The notes: generated by a model not told the origin, from the sequence alone. A DNA stretch of 40,000 nucleotides from an uncultured Methanomethylovorans sp. (GCF_963678545.2 NZ_OY782867.2:2368913-2408912), one strand, 5' to 3'; positions 25,677-36,528 are shown, counted from the first letter of the stretch. A program made the numbers and translations.

Positions 25677-28091
25677 ATGAATATGAAGTCTAGTGTAAGA
25701 TACATTCGCTGGTTTGAGGAAATAAGGATACAGGATATACCGTCTGTCGGAGGCAAAAATGCCTCAATAGGAGAAATGTATAGGGAATTGCAAAGCTCAG
25801 GAATCAAAGTTCCAAACGGTTTCGCCATTACCGCAGATGCGTACTGGTATATGCTACAGGCCGCAGGCGCTGTCGATGCCCTGAAAAATACCATGAAAGG
25901 GCTCGATACTTCTAACGTAAAGGACTTGTCCATAAGAGGCCGCAAAGCAAGGGATATTATTTTAGAAGCTGGGCTTCCTGATGACCTCTGGGCAGAAATT
26001 AAATCATCCTACGACAAGCTTTGCCAAGAGTATGGTCCTGATACAGATGTTGCAGTCCGCAGTTCAGCCACTGCCGAAGACCTTCCCTTTGCTTCTTTCG
26101 CCGGTCAGCAGGAAACATATCTTAATGTGCATGGCTATCCAGCCCTGAAGATCGCATGTATCCGCTGTTTTGCTTCCCTGTTCACCGACCGGGCCATATC
26201 TTACCGCGTCACAAATAACTTTGATCATTTCAAGGTTGGCCTTTCCATTGGTGTTATGAAGATGGTACGCTCGGACCTTGCTTCCAGTGGCGTGATATTC
26301 ACTCTTGATACGGAGAGCGGTTTTAATGATGTGGTTTTCATTACAGGTGCTTATGGCCTGGGTGAGAATATTGTTCAAGGAGCCGTTAATCCCGATGAGT
26401 TCTACGTATTCAAGCCCACGCTTAAAGCAGGTTACAAGCCCATTGTCCAGAAAAAGCTGGGCAGCAAGGACATAAAAATGATCTATGGTGTTGGGGATTC
26501 CAAAATCCAGACTCGCAATATAGATGTCCCTGAATCAGACAGGCGCAGGTATTGCATAAACAATGAGGAAATACTAACCCTGGCCAAGTATGCTGTCACT
26601 ATAGAAGACTATTATTCAGACAAATCAGGCAAGCTCATTCCTATGGATATAGAATGGGCCAAGGATGGTATGACAGGTGAGTTATTCATAGTACAAGCCA
26701 GACCGGAAACGGTACAGGCTCATAGGTTACGGGACGTCTTGGAAACCTATTATCTGGACCAGCACAGCACAGTACTTGCTGAAGGCAGGAGCGTGGGAAG
26801 CAAGATAGCATCCGGCAAAGCCCATGTCATCACTGAGGTCTCCCAGCTTCCCAATTTCCATCCAGGTGAGATACTTGTAGCCGATACCACCACTCCTGAC
26901 TGGGAACCGGTCATGAAGACAGCAGCTGCCATAGTCACTAATAAAGGTGGCAGAACATGCCATGCAGCCATTGTGAGCCGAGAGTTAGGTATCCCTGCAG
27001 TGGTTGGTACGGAAAATGCAACTGAAAAACTCAGTACAAGTACAGAAGCAACCGTAAGCTGTGCAGAAGGAGATGTGGGCAGGGTATACGAAGGCATTCT
27101 GCCTTTCCATGTAGAAACAGTGGATCTAAAAGGTCTCAAGCGTCCCAAAACCGAAATAATGATGAACCTCGGTAATCCTGAAGAAGCCTTTTCCCTTTCC
27201 ATGATCCCAAACGATGGTATAGGACTGGCACGGCTGGAGTTTATAATCACCAGCTACATCAAGGTTCACCCCATGGCTCTGGTACATCCCGAAAAAGTAA
27301 AGGACGAAACTACACTTTCCAATATCAAGCAACTGACCCGGGGCTATGGCAGTATGACAGATTATTTTGTTGAAAAGCTGGCCCAGGGAGTGGGCACGAT
27401 CGCTGCGGCCTTTTATCCGAAGCCAGTGATAGTGCGCATGAGTGACTTCAAGTCCAACGAATACGCGAGTCTACTGGGAGGTAAGTACTTCGAGATAGAA
27501 GAAAACAACCCCATGCTGGGATTTAGGGGCGCTTCCCGATACTATGACGACAGGTACCGTGAAGGCTTTGCTCTGGAATGTCAGGCGATGAAGAAAGTAC
27601 GGGATGAAATGGGTCTTAAGAACCTCATCCTGATGATACCCTTCTGCCGCCGGGTTGAAGAGGCAAAGAAAGTTATCGCAGAGATGGAAAAGAATGGACT
27701 TAAGAGAGGAGAGAATGACCTACGGGTCTATGTGATGTGTGAGATCCCGAACAACGTCCTCCTTGTGGACGAGTTCAGCAAGTATTTTGACGGTTTTTCA
27801 ATAGGCTCCAATGATCTCACACAGCTTACCCTGGGAGTGGATAGGGATTCGGAGATCCTCGCATCCTCCTTCGATGAACGAGATCCAGGTGTTATGAAAA
27901 TAGTATCCATGGCGATAGAGGGGGCTAAACGCAATGGTAAGCACAGCGGCCTCTGCGGCCAGGCACCTAGTGATTATCCTGAATTTGCCGAGTTCCTTGT
28001 AAGGGAAGGCATAGATTCTATTTCCCTTAATCCAGATTCCATCATGAATATCACCATGAAAGTGCTGGAAACAGAAGAAAAAAGCAAATAA
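25677..28091 (+). CDS. ppsA: Phosphoenolpyruvate synthase (pyruvate, water dikinase)
   Basis: N-terminal ...VGGKNASIGEMY; phosphohistidine site GGRTCHAAIVSRELGIPAVVG; C-terminal PEP-utilising TIM barrel ...FFSIGSNDLTQLTLG.DR. Confidence 0.95.
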   Translation: MNMKSSVRYIRWFEEIRIQDIPSVGGKNASIGEMYRELQSSGIKVPNGFAITADAYWYMLQAAGAVDALKNTMKGLDTSNVKDLSIRGRKARDIILEAGLPDDLWAEIKSSYDKLCQEYGPDTDVAVRSSATAEDLPFASFAGQQETYLNVHGYPALKIACIRCFASLFTDRAISYRVTNNFDHFKVGLSIGVMKMVRSDLASSGVIFTLDTESGFNDVVFITGAYGLGENIVQGAVNPDEFYVFKPTLKAGYKPIVQKKLGSKDIKMIYGVGDSKIQTRNIDVPESDRRRYCINNEEILTLAKYAVTIEDYYSDKSGKLIPMDIEWAKDGMTGELFIVQARPETVQAHRLRDVLETYYLDQHSTVLAEGRSVGSKIASGKAHVITEVSQLPNFHPGEILVADTTTPDWEPVMKTAAAIVTNKGGRTCHAAIVSRELGIPAVVGTENATEKLSTSTEATVSCAEGDVGRVYEGILPFHVETVDLKGLKRPKTEIMMNLGNPEEAFSLSMIPNDGIGLARLEFIITSYIKVHPMALVHPEKVKDETTLSNIKQLTRGYGSMTDYFVEKLAQGVGTIAAAFYPKPVIVRMSDFKSNEYASLLGGKYFEIEENNPMLGFRGASRYYDDRYREGFALECQAMKKVRDEMGLKNLILMIPFCRRVEEAKKVIAEMEKNGLKRGENDLRVYVMCEIPNNVLLVDEFSKYFDGFSIGSNDLTQLTLGVDRDSEILASSFDERDPGVMKIVSMAIEGAKRNGKHSGLCGQAPSDYPEFAEFLVREGIDSISLNPDSIMNITMKVLETEEKSK

Positions 28092-28215
28092 ATACCATTT
28101 ATCGGGAGTAGCAGAGCTTCTGCATTCCCGTGTTCTATTATGTCCCAAAGGATCTAAGTCAAATTATTTAAGATCAACTGTTACTAATTTATACTATTGA
28201 TGCATAATATCAACT

Positions 28216-29250
28216 ATGGAACGCTCCTTTAAGATGGCAATGGCACTTTTGTTACTGGTTGTGCTTGCAGCCGTGCTTACAGATGCTCTCTTGCCATACA
28301 TCAATGCATTACTGGGAGCATTCATCCTTTACGTCATCCTGCGTCCCACATATCAGTTCATGGTCAGAAGGGGCCATTTACCAAAAGGCATTTCTGCCCT
28401 TATGACTATTGCCCTCTCTTTCCTTCTCATATTGGTACCTTTGTATTTCCTGATCTCGACTATAGCCACGGAACTACAGAATTCCTTGCAATATATTAAC
28501 AACATTCCCATCTATGCCGGAGTTGTGAACACTTTCCTGGAGAACCTGCATCTGGAACAATTGCCAATAAACATTGATATAAAGACAAAAGTTGTAGAGA
28601 TGGCTTCTTATATTGCCAATTACAGTAGTATGGTGTTGCTTAGTGCAGTACAAAGTCTGGGCCAGCGTTTTCTGGAATTTACTATAATGTATTTTCTGTT
28701 ATACTACTTATTAACTGGAGAAGATTCGGATTTTGCGAAGAGTCTATATTTAGCTATTCCCTTCAACAAGGAAAATTCCGACAAACTGCTGCAAGAGTTC
28801 AGGTCAATAGTCAAAACCACCCTTGTTTCATCTCTTATCATGGGTATTATGCAGGGAGGGCTGCTCGCTGTAGCCTTTTTCCTGTTGGGTATACAGGGTG
28901 CCATTCTCTGGGGTGCGGTTGCTGCAATTCTCTCCTTCGTTCCCATAGTAGGCGCAACTGTCGTATGGGCTCCTGCGGCCATCATCCAGCTGATACAGCA
29001 AGATTACTTTGCTGCGGTGGGCATCCTCGTTGCAGGAATCTTCATAAGTTCCATAGACAACGTCGTAAGACCTTTTGTCCAGAAAAAACTTGGCTCCCTG
29101 CATCCTCTGACTTCCTTACTGGGAATTATTATCGGGATCAATCTATTCGGTCTTATAGGGTTAGTAGTGGGACCGCTTTTACTATCATATTTCCTGCTGA
29201 TTGTGAGGATGTTCCATGAAGAGTACATCGAAACTTATCAAAAAATGTAA
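28216..29250 (+). CDS. AI-2E family (PerM/UPF0118) transporter
   Basis: 344 aa with about 8 TM segments. The conserved C-terminal region is ...FVPIVGATVVWAPAAII...IDNVVRPFV.... Confidence 0.8.
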   Translation: MERSFKMAMALLLLVVLAAVLTDALLPYINALLGAFILYVILRPTYQFMVRRGHLPKGISALMTIALSFLLILVPLYFLISTIATELQNSLQYINNIPIYAGVVNTFLENLHLEQLPINIDIKTKVVEMASYIANYSSMVLLSAVQSLGQRFLEFTIMYFLLYYLLTGEDSDFAKSLYLAIPFNKENSDKLLQEFRSIVKTTLVSSLIMGIMQGGLLAVAFFLLGIQGAILWGAVAAILSFVPIVGATVVWAPAAIIQLIQQDYFAAVGILVAGIFISSIDNVVRPFVQKKLGSLHPLTSLLGIIIGINLFGLIGLVVGPLLLSYFLLIVRMFHEEYIETYQKM

Positions 29251-29536
29251 TAATTGAGCAATCATTCATTTTTTAATCAGAAGTAGTCCTTTATAGAGTT
29301 AGTTTACTGCATTATATGGATTTTGTATTTTCTTCATTTTTTTGTGGTATAAACTTCACTCTGCACATATGAATTTCAAAGTAATTTTAAAGCTTATTTT
29401 GGCAAAATAAAGTAAAATTAACCTTTTAATTCCATTTGTGTAAAGTAAATATAGTAATAAAGTAAAGTATCTATTTATTTGAATATGCTTACAAGATGTT
29501 TGACGAAAAGCGTCTAGTAAAAAGGAGAGATACAAA

Positions 29537-29800
29537 ATGAAAAATATACGAAAAATTGCTTATGTTTCTATAGCAGTCCTTGTAGTAAGTATATTGGCAA
29601 TAGGAGCAGTATCTGCAAAGGCTGAAGAAGGAAACGGAAAGATGTTCAAAAACAATGAGGACTGTATCTGTATTGGAGATTGTTTCAATACTGAAGTTTG
29701 TCCATATGACGGAAACTGTCTGCATGATGGTCAGTGTGTAAATGCAAAAGAATGCATACCTAAAGACTATGACTACAACTATCTCAGTGGCAAAAACTAA
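29537..29800 (+). CDS. Small secreted cysteine-rich protein
   Basis: A signal peptide (MKNIRKIAYVSIAVLVVSILAIGAVSA) is followed by a mature part with 7 Cys, including four consecutive C-x5-C units. AGGAG lies upstream of the ATG. Confidence 0.55.
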   Translation: MKNIRKIAYVSIAVLVVSILAIGAVSAKAEEGNGKMFKNNEDCICIGDCFNTEVCPYDGNCLHDGQCVNAKECIPKDYDYNYLSGKN

Positions 29801-29956
29801 TCATTAAAGAACTTAGAATGCAGTTATTTTTGCTCTGTATAAAGTTTTTACCAAATTTGATTTCTACATAGCCACTATTTATAAATCGTTTAAATACCAA
29901 ATATAATATTGTATAATATAATTCTACATGTACAGGAAGGGATAAAAACGAAGATC

Positions 29957-31258
29957 ATGAAACTAGTTACTTATATCGCTATTGTGCTGATGTTGACAAG
30001 TCTTGTCTCAACCAGTGCCTTTGCTGCAAATTCGAAAGATGTTGATGATAAAAATAAAGCTACCACAAGCTTGTTGAAAGAATCAAAAAATCAAGATCAA
30101 GAAGAAGAACAAAACCAAGTATCACTGAGTGGCAATAATAGCACAGGTGGCAGATTCACTGTACAATTGAGAGAAACAAAGGAAGAGTATTTTGCTGCAA
30201 AGGATAAACTGCAGCAGATCAATGCCAACATAAACAGTGGCAAGATCAATGGTTCTTCAAAGGAAGTATTTGAAGTAAAACAGGAATACTTGCTTGAAAC
30301 TGTTAATTATACTATATCCAATTTAGAAGATCTGAAAGAAAATGTCGATGCCTTTGAAAGAGTAGATGCGGATGAGGTCATTGCCGATATAGATGGATAC
30401 ATCTTTAAATTAAATGCTGAAAAAGATAATATAGGGAATGCTACAACAACAAAGGAACTTGCGGAGTCTGCCAGAACTATTCGTGATATCTGGAAAGATG
30501 CAGTAAAAGATGCCTACAAAACCAGAACAAAATTTGTAGATGATAAGGTAGTTCTCTATTTGAATAAATCTGTGTTCCTTTCAGAACGTCTTTCAAATGA
30601 GGTAGCAACACTCCGGAAACAGGGTGAAAATACAACAGAACTTGAAGCAATGCTTCAGGAATACAATGGTTTTATAGAACAAGCCCAGCAAAATAGGGAA
30701 CGTGCAAGAGAAACATATCAGAATGGTGATGAGAATGCACATGAATACTGGAGTGCCTCAGCAGAAAATTTGAAAGATGCAAATTCTGTGCTTGCTGAGA
30801 TTTCTCAAATGCTTAAAACATACAGACATGGATTAGTTTCCCTTAATGGAAGTGACGTACTTCTTGCTAAAGGTAATGGTACTGCTGTGCTTTCAGGCAA
30901 TTTGGACGCAGAGATGACAATAACTGATTCACAGCTTGTGATCAAAGATCTTGCAGGCGATGCAAAAATAACTATCACTAACGATGAATCTGCAATTGTG
31001 CTCAAATTGGATAATTCTCTGGCTGATGAACCTAAAAGAGCACTTGTATATTCTGATCTTACCGGTAAGGTCAGTATATCAGGTAGCAGGCTTACGATCA
31101 TGGTAAGAGGGAATGATCTTGATCTGGAAGTAAAAGGCACCGGAAATGCAGTACTTTCAGGAAAGGGTACATATACTGCAGGTATGGATGAAGTGAGTAA
31201 GCAATGGACTTCTCAATTTGATACTCTTTCCGAAGAAGATAATTCACAGGAGGATTAA
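29957..31258 (+). CDS. Secreted protein with a coiled-coil N-terminal half and a beta-rich C-terminal half; function unknown
   Basis: I chose the start at MKLVTYIAIVLMLTSLVSTSAFA (signal peptide) rather than the tracked TTG at 29909. The rest is a long uninterrupted ORF. Confidence 0.6.
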   Translation: MKLVTYIAIVLMLTSLVSTSAFAANSKDVDDKNKATTSLLKESKNQDQEEEQNQVSLSGNNSTGGRFTVQLRETKEEYFAAKDKLQQINANINSGKINGSSKEVFEVKQEYLLETVNYTISNLEDLKENVDAFERVDADEVIADIDGYIFKLNAEKDNIGNATTTKELAESARTIRDIWKDAVKDAYKTRTKFVDDKVVLYLNKSVFLSERLSNEVATLRKQGENTTELEAMLQEYNGFIEQAQQNRERARETYQNGDENAHEYWSASAENLKDANSVLAEISQMLKTYRHGLVSLNGSDVLLAKGNGTAVLSGNLDAEMTITDSQLVIKDLAGDAKITITNDESAIVLKLDNSLADEPKRALVYSDLTGKVSISGSRLTIMVRGNDLDLEVKGTGNAVLSGKGTYTAGMDEVSKQWTSQFDTLSEEDNSQED

Positions 31259-31261
31259 GAG

Positions 31262-31525
31262 ATGAAGTATTCCAATATTTGTGTTTTGGCTATAGTCATC
31301 TGTGGCCTTGTACTTTCCGGGTGTACCGATAAAAAGGATACTTCCTCTGAACTTACGTCAGAGATATCGCCTGCTAATGACACTGCAACTGCTGATGCAA
31401 TACTGGCAGAAGGTAATGCAAGTATAACTGATACTGAGATACAGGATATGGATAAGGAAATGAAGGAATTAGAAGTTCTTATTGTTGAGATGGAAAAAGA
31501 GAACATTACTATCGAAGAGATTTGA
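31262..31525 (+). CDS. Small acidic lipoprotein
   Basis: A signal peptide with the lipobox-like LVLSGC is followed by an acidic mature part. It starts 4 nt after the previous stop, so the two genes are likely co-transcribed. Confidence 0.55.
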   Translation: MKYSNICVLAIVICGLVLSGCTDKKDTSSELTSEISPANDTATADAILAEGNASITDTEIQDMDKEMKELEVLIVEMEKENITIEEI

Positions 31526-31534
31526 TTTCAGCTA

Positions 31535-31560
31535 CCTACGGCTAATGCCGTGGGTTTTCT
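31535..31560 (+). terminator. Hairpin plus T-tract after the secreted-protein operon
   Basis: cctacggc-taat-gccgtggg forms an 8-bp stem (one G-U pair) followed by ttttcttcc, 10 nt after the stop at 31525. Confidence 0.55.
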
Positions 31561-31864
31561 TCCTTAAGCAGTTGTGATTCCAACGATATGATTTTTGGAT
31601 AATTCTAGATTTTATTTTAAATTTTATTATGGCATATTTCTATTAATGTGTTTCATCTTTTTTTGTCCCCCATAGGGGGGCAAATTATTTACTATATATA
31701 TTTTTTGCCCTTGCATATTTATCACTCATGTTAGAATAATATAAAGAGGCTTATTGTTATTGATTTATGTATTAACGGTGTGAATTAGCTAATGGAAAAA
31801 TACATATACTATGTTTTTACAACACTCTGACAAATCACCTATATAATCAAAGGAGTTTGCAAAA

Positions 31865-33799
31865 ATGAGTTATAGCCTTGGTATAGATGCAGGAGGAACG
31901 TATACTGATGCGGTTCTTCTAAGGGATGAAGACAATATCATTATACAATCAAATAAAGCATTAACAAGCTACCCGGACCCGCTAGACGGGATTAAACAAT
32001 CAATTGACGGATTGGACCCTACATATCTTAAAAATGTAAAAATTGTGTCAGTATCCACAACTCTTTCTACAAACAGTATATTGGAAGGCACTGGTTTCCC
32101 TGTTGCCTTAATACTTATTGGGAAATATGAGGTCAAACAAGAACTTCCAACTAAACATTTCATACAGGTCAGTGGTGGTCATGATCACAATGGTGTTGAA
32201 ACTAACAGCCTGGATATTGATTCCATCAGTGAATTTGCCCAGCAGGTAAAAGATCAGGTATCAGCTTTTGCTATATCTTCATACTTCAGTATCAGGAACC
32301 ACGAACATGAATTGATGGCAAAGGAAATCATCAGGGAACTTACAGGTCTACCTGTGGTTTGTAGTCATGAACTTTCCCAGGATCTTGGAGCTTTTGAAAG
32401 AGCAGTGACAGCATTTCTTAATGCACAATTGATACCTGTAACAGAAAGATTCATGAAAAACGTTGAAGCAGAAATAAAGTCAAGGAGCATTGATGCAAAA
32501 ATATTTATGCTAAAATGTGACGGATCTGTTATAGGCATTCAGAGCGCACTAAAAAAACCTATTGAGTCAATCTTTTCAGGTCCTGCCGGAAGTCTTGTAG
32601 GAGCTTCATTCCTTGCGAAAAAGGAAACCTGTGCCGTCATAGATGTAGGGGGGACCAGCACAGACATTTCAGTTACATACAACGGTGTTCCCGATATGAG
32701 TGATTCAGGTGCTGTTGTAGGCGGATGGAAAACCAGGGTCAAAGCAATAAAGATGGAAACATCTGCAATGGGAGGAGACAGCCATGTATGGGTCAAAGGA
32801 AGCGATATCCACATAGGTCCCAGAAGGGTTATCCCACTGTGTCGGGCTGCTGTACTCTATCCTGATTTTATTGAGCTGCTCAAAACAAACCCAATTCCCA
32901 CAAAAATACAGCTAGGGGCTAACTATCAGCCTACAAAATTCTACCTGAGAACAGACTATGAAGTAATGAATATCAGTGAAGAGGAAAAAAAGGTACTCGA
33001 TGCTATAAAAAAGCATCCCACGTCGATAACGGAAATATTCAACCGCATCAAAAAATATCCTTCCAGCAGTGTACTGGATAGTCTTATTCAAAAGAGACTC
33101 ATACAGCCAATTGGTTTTACACTCACAGATGCTTTGCATGTGTTGGGAGAGTACACGGAAAGAAATGTTGAAGCTGCAAATATCGGGGCTAACCTGCTTG
33201 GTTCATTAGTGGACATGGACAGATATGAATTTGCAAGGTATATTAAGGTAGAATTTGCAAAGAATATGGCATGTGACCTCATATCATTCTTCCTTGAAGG
33301 AATAGAGAAAAAAGAAATAAGAAAAATATTTGATATTCACTCCCCTGCAAAGTTCAAAGTAGAGGTTCCTGTTGTATTGATAGGAGGACCTGTATCTGCT
33401 TTTGTAGAGAATATGAAAGAAATACTGGATGCCGAAATTATCCTTCCGGAGTATTCAAACGTAGGGAATGCTGCCGGTGCACTGGCTGCAAAAGGAATCC
33501 GAAGATTCGAAGTGCTTATAAGACCCGCATCTATGGCTGCTCCTGATTGGGAATTCTTTGTGTTTTCAGAGCATGGTAAAACTAACTTTTATGAATACAA
33601 GGATGCGCTTAACTATGCAGTTACTCTGGGGGAAACTACAGTTCACAGTTATATGAAAGAAGCCGGGCTTGATTCAAGCCATATCAAAATAGATGTTCAA
33701 AAAGAGGAAATTATCCCCGTGGGATGGAAAACACCAATGGAAACAAAAATTGTTGTACTTGGTGTTGGCAACAGAAAAACTGAGCAGGATTGTTGTTAA
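31865..33799 (+). CDS. Hydantoinase/oxoprolinase-family protein (HyuA-like)
   Basis: The N-terminal LGIDAGGTYTDAVLL and the second ATPase-fold motif VIDVGGTSTDIS are typical of the hydantoinase_A / ASKHA fold. Confidence 0.8.
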   Translation: MSYSLGIDAGGTYTDAVLLRDEDNIIIQSNKALTSYPDPLDGIKQSIDGLDPTYLKNVKIVSVSTTLSTNSILEGTGFPVALILIGKYEVKQELPTKHFIQVSGGHDHNGVETNSLDIDSISEFAQQVKDQVSAFAISSYFSIRNHEHELMAKEIIRELTGLPVVCSHELSQDLGAFERAVTAFLNAQLIPVTERFMKNVEAEIKSRSIDAKIFMLKCDGSVIGIQSALKKPIESIFSGPAGSLVGASFLAKKETCAVIDVGGTSTDISVTYNGVPDMSDSGAVVGGWKTRVKAIKMETSAMGGDSHVWVKGSDIHIGPRRVIPLCRAAVLYPDFIELLKTNPIPTKIQLGANYQPTKFYLRTDYEVMNISEEEKKVLDAIKKHPTSITEIFNRIKKYPSSSVLDSLIQKRLIQPIGFTLTDALHVLGEYTERNVEAANIGANLLGSLVDMDRYEFARYIKVEFAKNMACDLISFFLEGIEKKEIRKIFDIHSPAKFKVEVPVVLIGGPVSAFVENMKEILDAEIILPEYSNVGNAAGALAAKGIRRFEVLIRPASMAAPDWEFFVFSEHGKTNFYEYKDALNYAVTLGETTVHSYMKEAGLDSSHIKIDVQKEEIIPVGWKTPMETKIVVLGVGNRKTEQDCC

Positions 33800-33969
33800 G
33801 AACCTGGCTTCTTTATAAGAAAAGAAATAGCTTTGAGGACATTCGGTCCTCTCCAATTACCATGTGAATTTAGACTTTATGGGAATGAGACTCCTTCATT
33901 TCTTACAAGATGATTCTCAAATGCCGAGGGTTTGCCTACCGTTATCTCATCCAGATTTTGAGCAATATA

Positions 33970-34860
33970 TTACATATTTTCATTTGCTGCCAAGGGTAAA
34001 TTCCTGACAGACGCCAATGCAGCTCCCAACAGAATAAACAAACACCCAGTCATTGTATTAAAGAAGATAGGAGTATGCAAAAGTACATGGTCGAAGAAAA
34101 TAACGCTTACTGGTTCCATAAGGGCAATTATGCTGCTTGTCTGGGCTGGCAGTTTGGATATCCCCTTGATATATAGTATCGAAGCAACTGCTGTGTTTAC
34201 AAATGCAAAAAGCACTATCACGGTCATATTTTCTACAAGTGTAGGCAGAGTAACATCAAATGCAGCAGGAGCAAGCATCAATATACCAATGAAAGTTGAC
34301 CAGAATAACTGTGCAGGGCCTGTATAATCATCCTTTAGGTACCTTACAGTAATGATAACTCCCGCAAAACACATGCCAGAAACAATGCCTGCAATGATTC
34401 CTATGAAGTTTTTTCCTCCAAAATTCAGTTGTGATGCCATGCCAGCAGGATCAACTATGAACAGAATGCCTGTCAAAGATAACAATAATGCAACTATTCC
34501 TTCTATTCTGACCTTTTCCTTTAGGAACGCTGGCGAAAGCAATGTTACGTACATGGGAGCTGTGTAAAGCAGAAGTATTGCAACAGATAAAGTAGTGTAC
34601 TGAATGCATATAAAATACGCAAAGATAGTGAATGTGTTGAACAGTCCCAGCAGCAATAGGTAACTTTTTCTCTTTGTCGGCCGAAGTAGTTTTATACCGC
34701 CAGTCATCAAAAAATAAATAGCAAGGAAAATGATCCCTGCAAAATGCTTGTAGAAAATAATACTGCCTGTGGACATCCCATGTATGTTTGCAAGGAATAT
34801 GCCCACCATTCCAAAGAGAATGCTGCCACTGATCAGTTCAAGATATGCTTTTTGGGACAT
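33970..34860 (-). CDS. EamA/DMT-superfamily transporter
   Basis: 296 aa with 10 predicted TM segments arranged as two 5-TM halves. Confidence 0.8.
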   Translation of the reverse strand: MSQKAYLELISGSILFGMVGIFLANIHGMSTGSIIFYKHFAGIIFLAIYFLMTGGIKLLRPTKRKSYLLLLGLFNTFTIFAYFICIQYTTLSVAILLLYTAPMYVTLLSPAFLKEKVRIEGIVALLLSLTGILFIVDPAGMASQLNFGGKNFIGIIAGIVSGMCFAGVIITVRYLKDDYTGPAQLFWSTFIGILMLAPAAFDVTLPTLVENMTVIVLFAFVNTAVASILYIKGISKLPAQTSSIIALMEPVSVIFFDHVLLHTPIFFNTMTGCLFILLGAALASVRNLPLAANENM

Positions 34861-34899
34861 GTTTATATATACATCGAACTCGGTTTGATGTGTAGCCAG

Positions 34900-36528
34900 T
34901 TATCCCTTCCTGTTTTCCCTTACATTACTGTTCATTGCTAGCTCCACAAAGGGCCGGTTCCTTTTTCTCATATCTGCAAATCTTTTAAGCAGCATATCAG
35001 CTTGATTTTGGGAAACTGTGATAAAAGAGAACTTTGAAAAAACTTCAATGGTCTCAAGTTCCAGATCATTTATCCCGGATTCCCTGCTGAGGAAATCTGG
35101 CATTTTCTCAGGAGTCATGCCTTCATACCCTCCTATGGCTACAAAAAGCCGTACCTTTCCCAGATCATTTTTAGAAATACCGGCATCTAATTCAGGATAA
35201 TGCTCTTCCTTCAAAGTGTCCTGGAAATAATATTTAAGGAGGGATGCGACCACAGCATTTGCTTGTTGTCTGTCCATCAATTCATTTGCCATCTTCAAGA
35301 AATCCTGGTATTCCCCAGATCTGATTATTTGCCCTACATCCCTTTTAAAATTTTTAGTACGGGCAGTAACAACCTCTTTTGCAGATGGTATTTTTTCCTG
35401 CCTGACCTCAGCATTTGCAGCCCTTACGAACGATTCAAACCTTCTTGAATCAGCCGGAGTAATAAAAGTGATTGCAGTACCCTGTTTTCCTGCTCTTCCT
35501 GTACGTCCTATCCTGTGAATATACGATTCTGCATCCTGCGGTAATGAATAATTAATCACATGTGTAAGTTCTACAACATCGATTCCCCTTGCAGCTACAT
35601 CTGTGGCCACAAGAATATTGAGTCCCTTATTTCTGAATTTTTTAAGGATATTTTCTCTTTGGTCCTGAGTAAGGTCCCCATTGAGAGCGTCAGCGGCATA
35701 GCCTCTTTCACCAAGCTTCTGTGAGATCTCAAGGGTATCGCTTTTGGTATTACAGAAAATAAGTCCGTAAAAACCATCATTGATATCTATCAGTCTGCAC
35801 AGAGCTTCGAATTTTTGATTCTCTGCAAGCTCATAATAAACTTGATCAGTGAACTCCGCAATAAGGTCTTCCTGAGACACTGAAACATAATCATGGTTTC
35901 GCATGTGCTTTTTAGCGAGTTTGAGGATGGGCGTGGGCATAGTTGCTGAGAACAGCAGCATTTGCTTGTTCTCATTTGTACTCTTGAAGATCTCCTTCAC
36001 ATCTTCTATGAAACCCATGTTAAGCATCTCATCGGCTTCGTCAAGTACAAGATAGGAGATAGAGTTCAGTTTTACGTTCTCTTTTTGCAGGTGATCGATG
36101 ATTCTTCCCGGAGTACCTACTATTATGTCGGTACCGGATGTTAATGTCTTCAGCTGCTGTTTGATTGGTTGGCCACCGTACAAAGCCACGATGGTTATGT
36201 TTTTATCTCCTTTGAGAGACTCAAGTTCTTCAGATACCTGAAGTGCCAGCTCTCTTGTGGGTGTCAAGACTAAAACCTGTATGGAGCCTTTATTCTCAGT
36301 CAATTTCTCAATGATGGGAATGCCGAATGCAGCGGTTTTTCCGGTGCCGGTTTGCGCTTGGCCGATGATATCACGGTCTCCCTTCATAAGGAGGGGAATC
36401 ACTTGTACCTGGATAGGAGTGGGTTTGAAGAAACCTTTTTTTTCCAGAACATCTAACATGCCCTGGGATATATTGAATGCTTTGAAATTTTCAAATTTTG
36501 TCATATACTCACTTTGATCCTGCAACAT
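34900..36528 (-). CDS. deaD: DEAD-box ATP-dependent RNA helicase (DeaD/CsdA-like, with a DbpA-type C-terminal extension)
   Basis: Motifs seen: Q-motif F..F.L......GF..PTPIQ, motif I AQTGTGKT, Ia PTRELA, II VLDEADEML, III SAT, and VI HRIGRTGRAG. Confidence 0.95.
   Translation of the reverse strand: MLQDQSEYMTKFENFKAFNISQGMLDVLEKKGFFKPTPIQVQVIPLLMKGDRDIIGQAQTGTGKTAAFGIPIIEKLTENKGSIQVLVLTPTRELALQVSEELESLKGDKNITIVALYGGQPIKQQLKTLTSGTDIIVGTPGRIIDHLQKENVKLNSISYLVLDEADEMLNMGFIEDVKEIFKSTNENKQMLLFSATMPTPILKLAKKHMRNHDYVSVSQEDLIAEFTDQVYYELAENQKFEALCRLIDINDGFYGLIFCNTKSDTLEISQKLGERGYAADALNGDLTQDQRENILKKFRNKGLNILVATDVAARGIDVVELTHVINYSLPQDAESYIHRIGRTGRAGKQGTAITFITPADSRRFESFVRAANAEVRQEKIPSAKEVVTARTKNFKRDVGQIIRSGEYQDFLKMANELMDRQQANAVVASLLKYYFQDTLKEEHYPELDAGISKNDLGKVRLFVAIGGYEGMTPEKMPDFLSRESGINDLELETIEVFSKFSFITVSQNQADMLLKRFADMRKRNRPFVELAMNSNVRENRKG

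Noticed and set aside
26064-29228. Antisense or overlapping ORFs within ppsA and the AI-2E transporter gene, for example 26750-27250, 27798-28148, 28704-28985 and 28965-29219.
   Set aside because: They are shadow ORFs in the GC-richer housekeeping genes, and the sense-strand products carry unambiguous family motifs.
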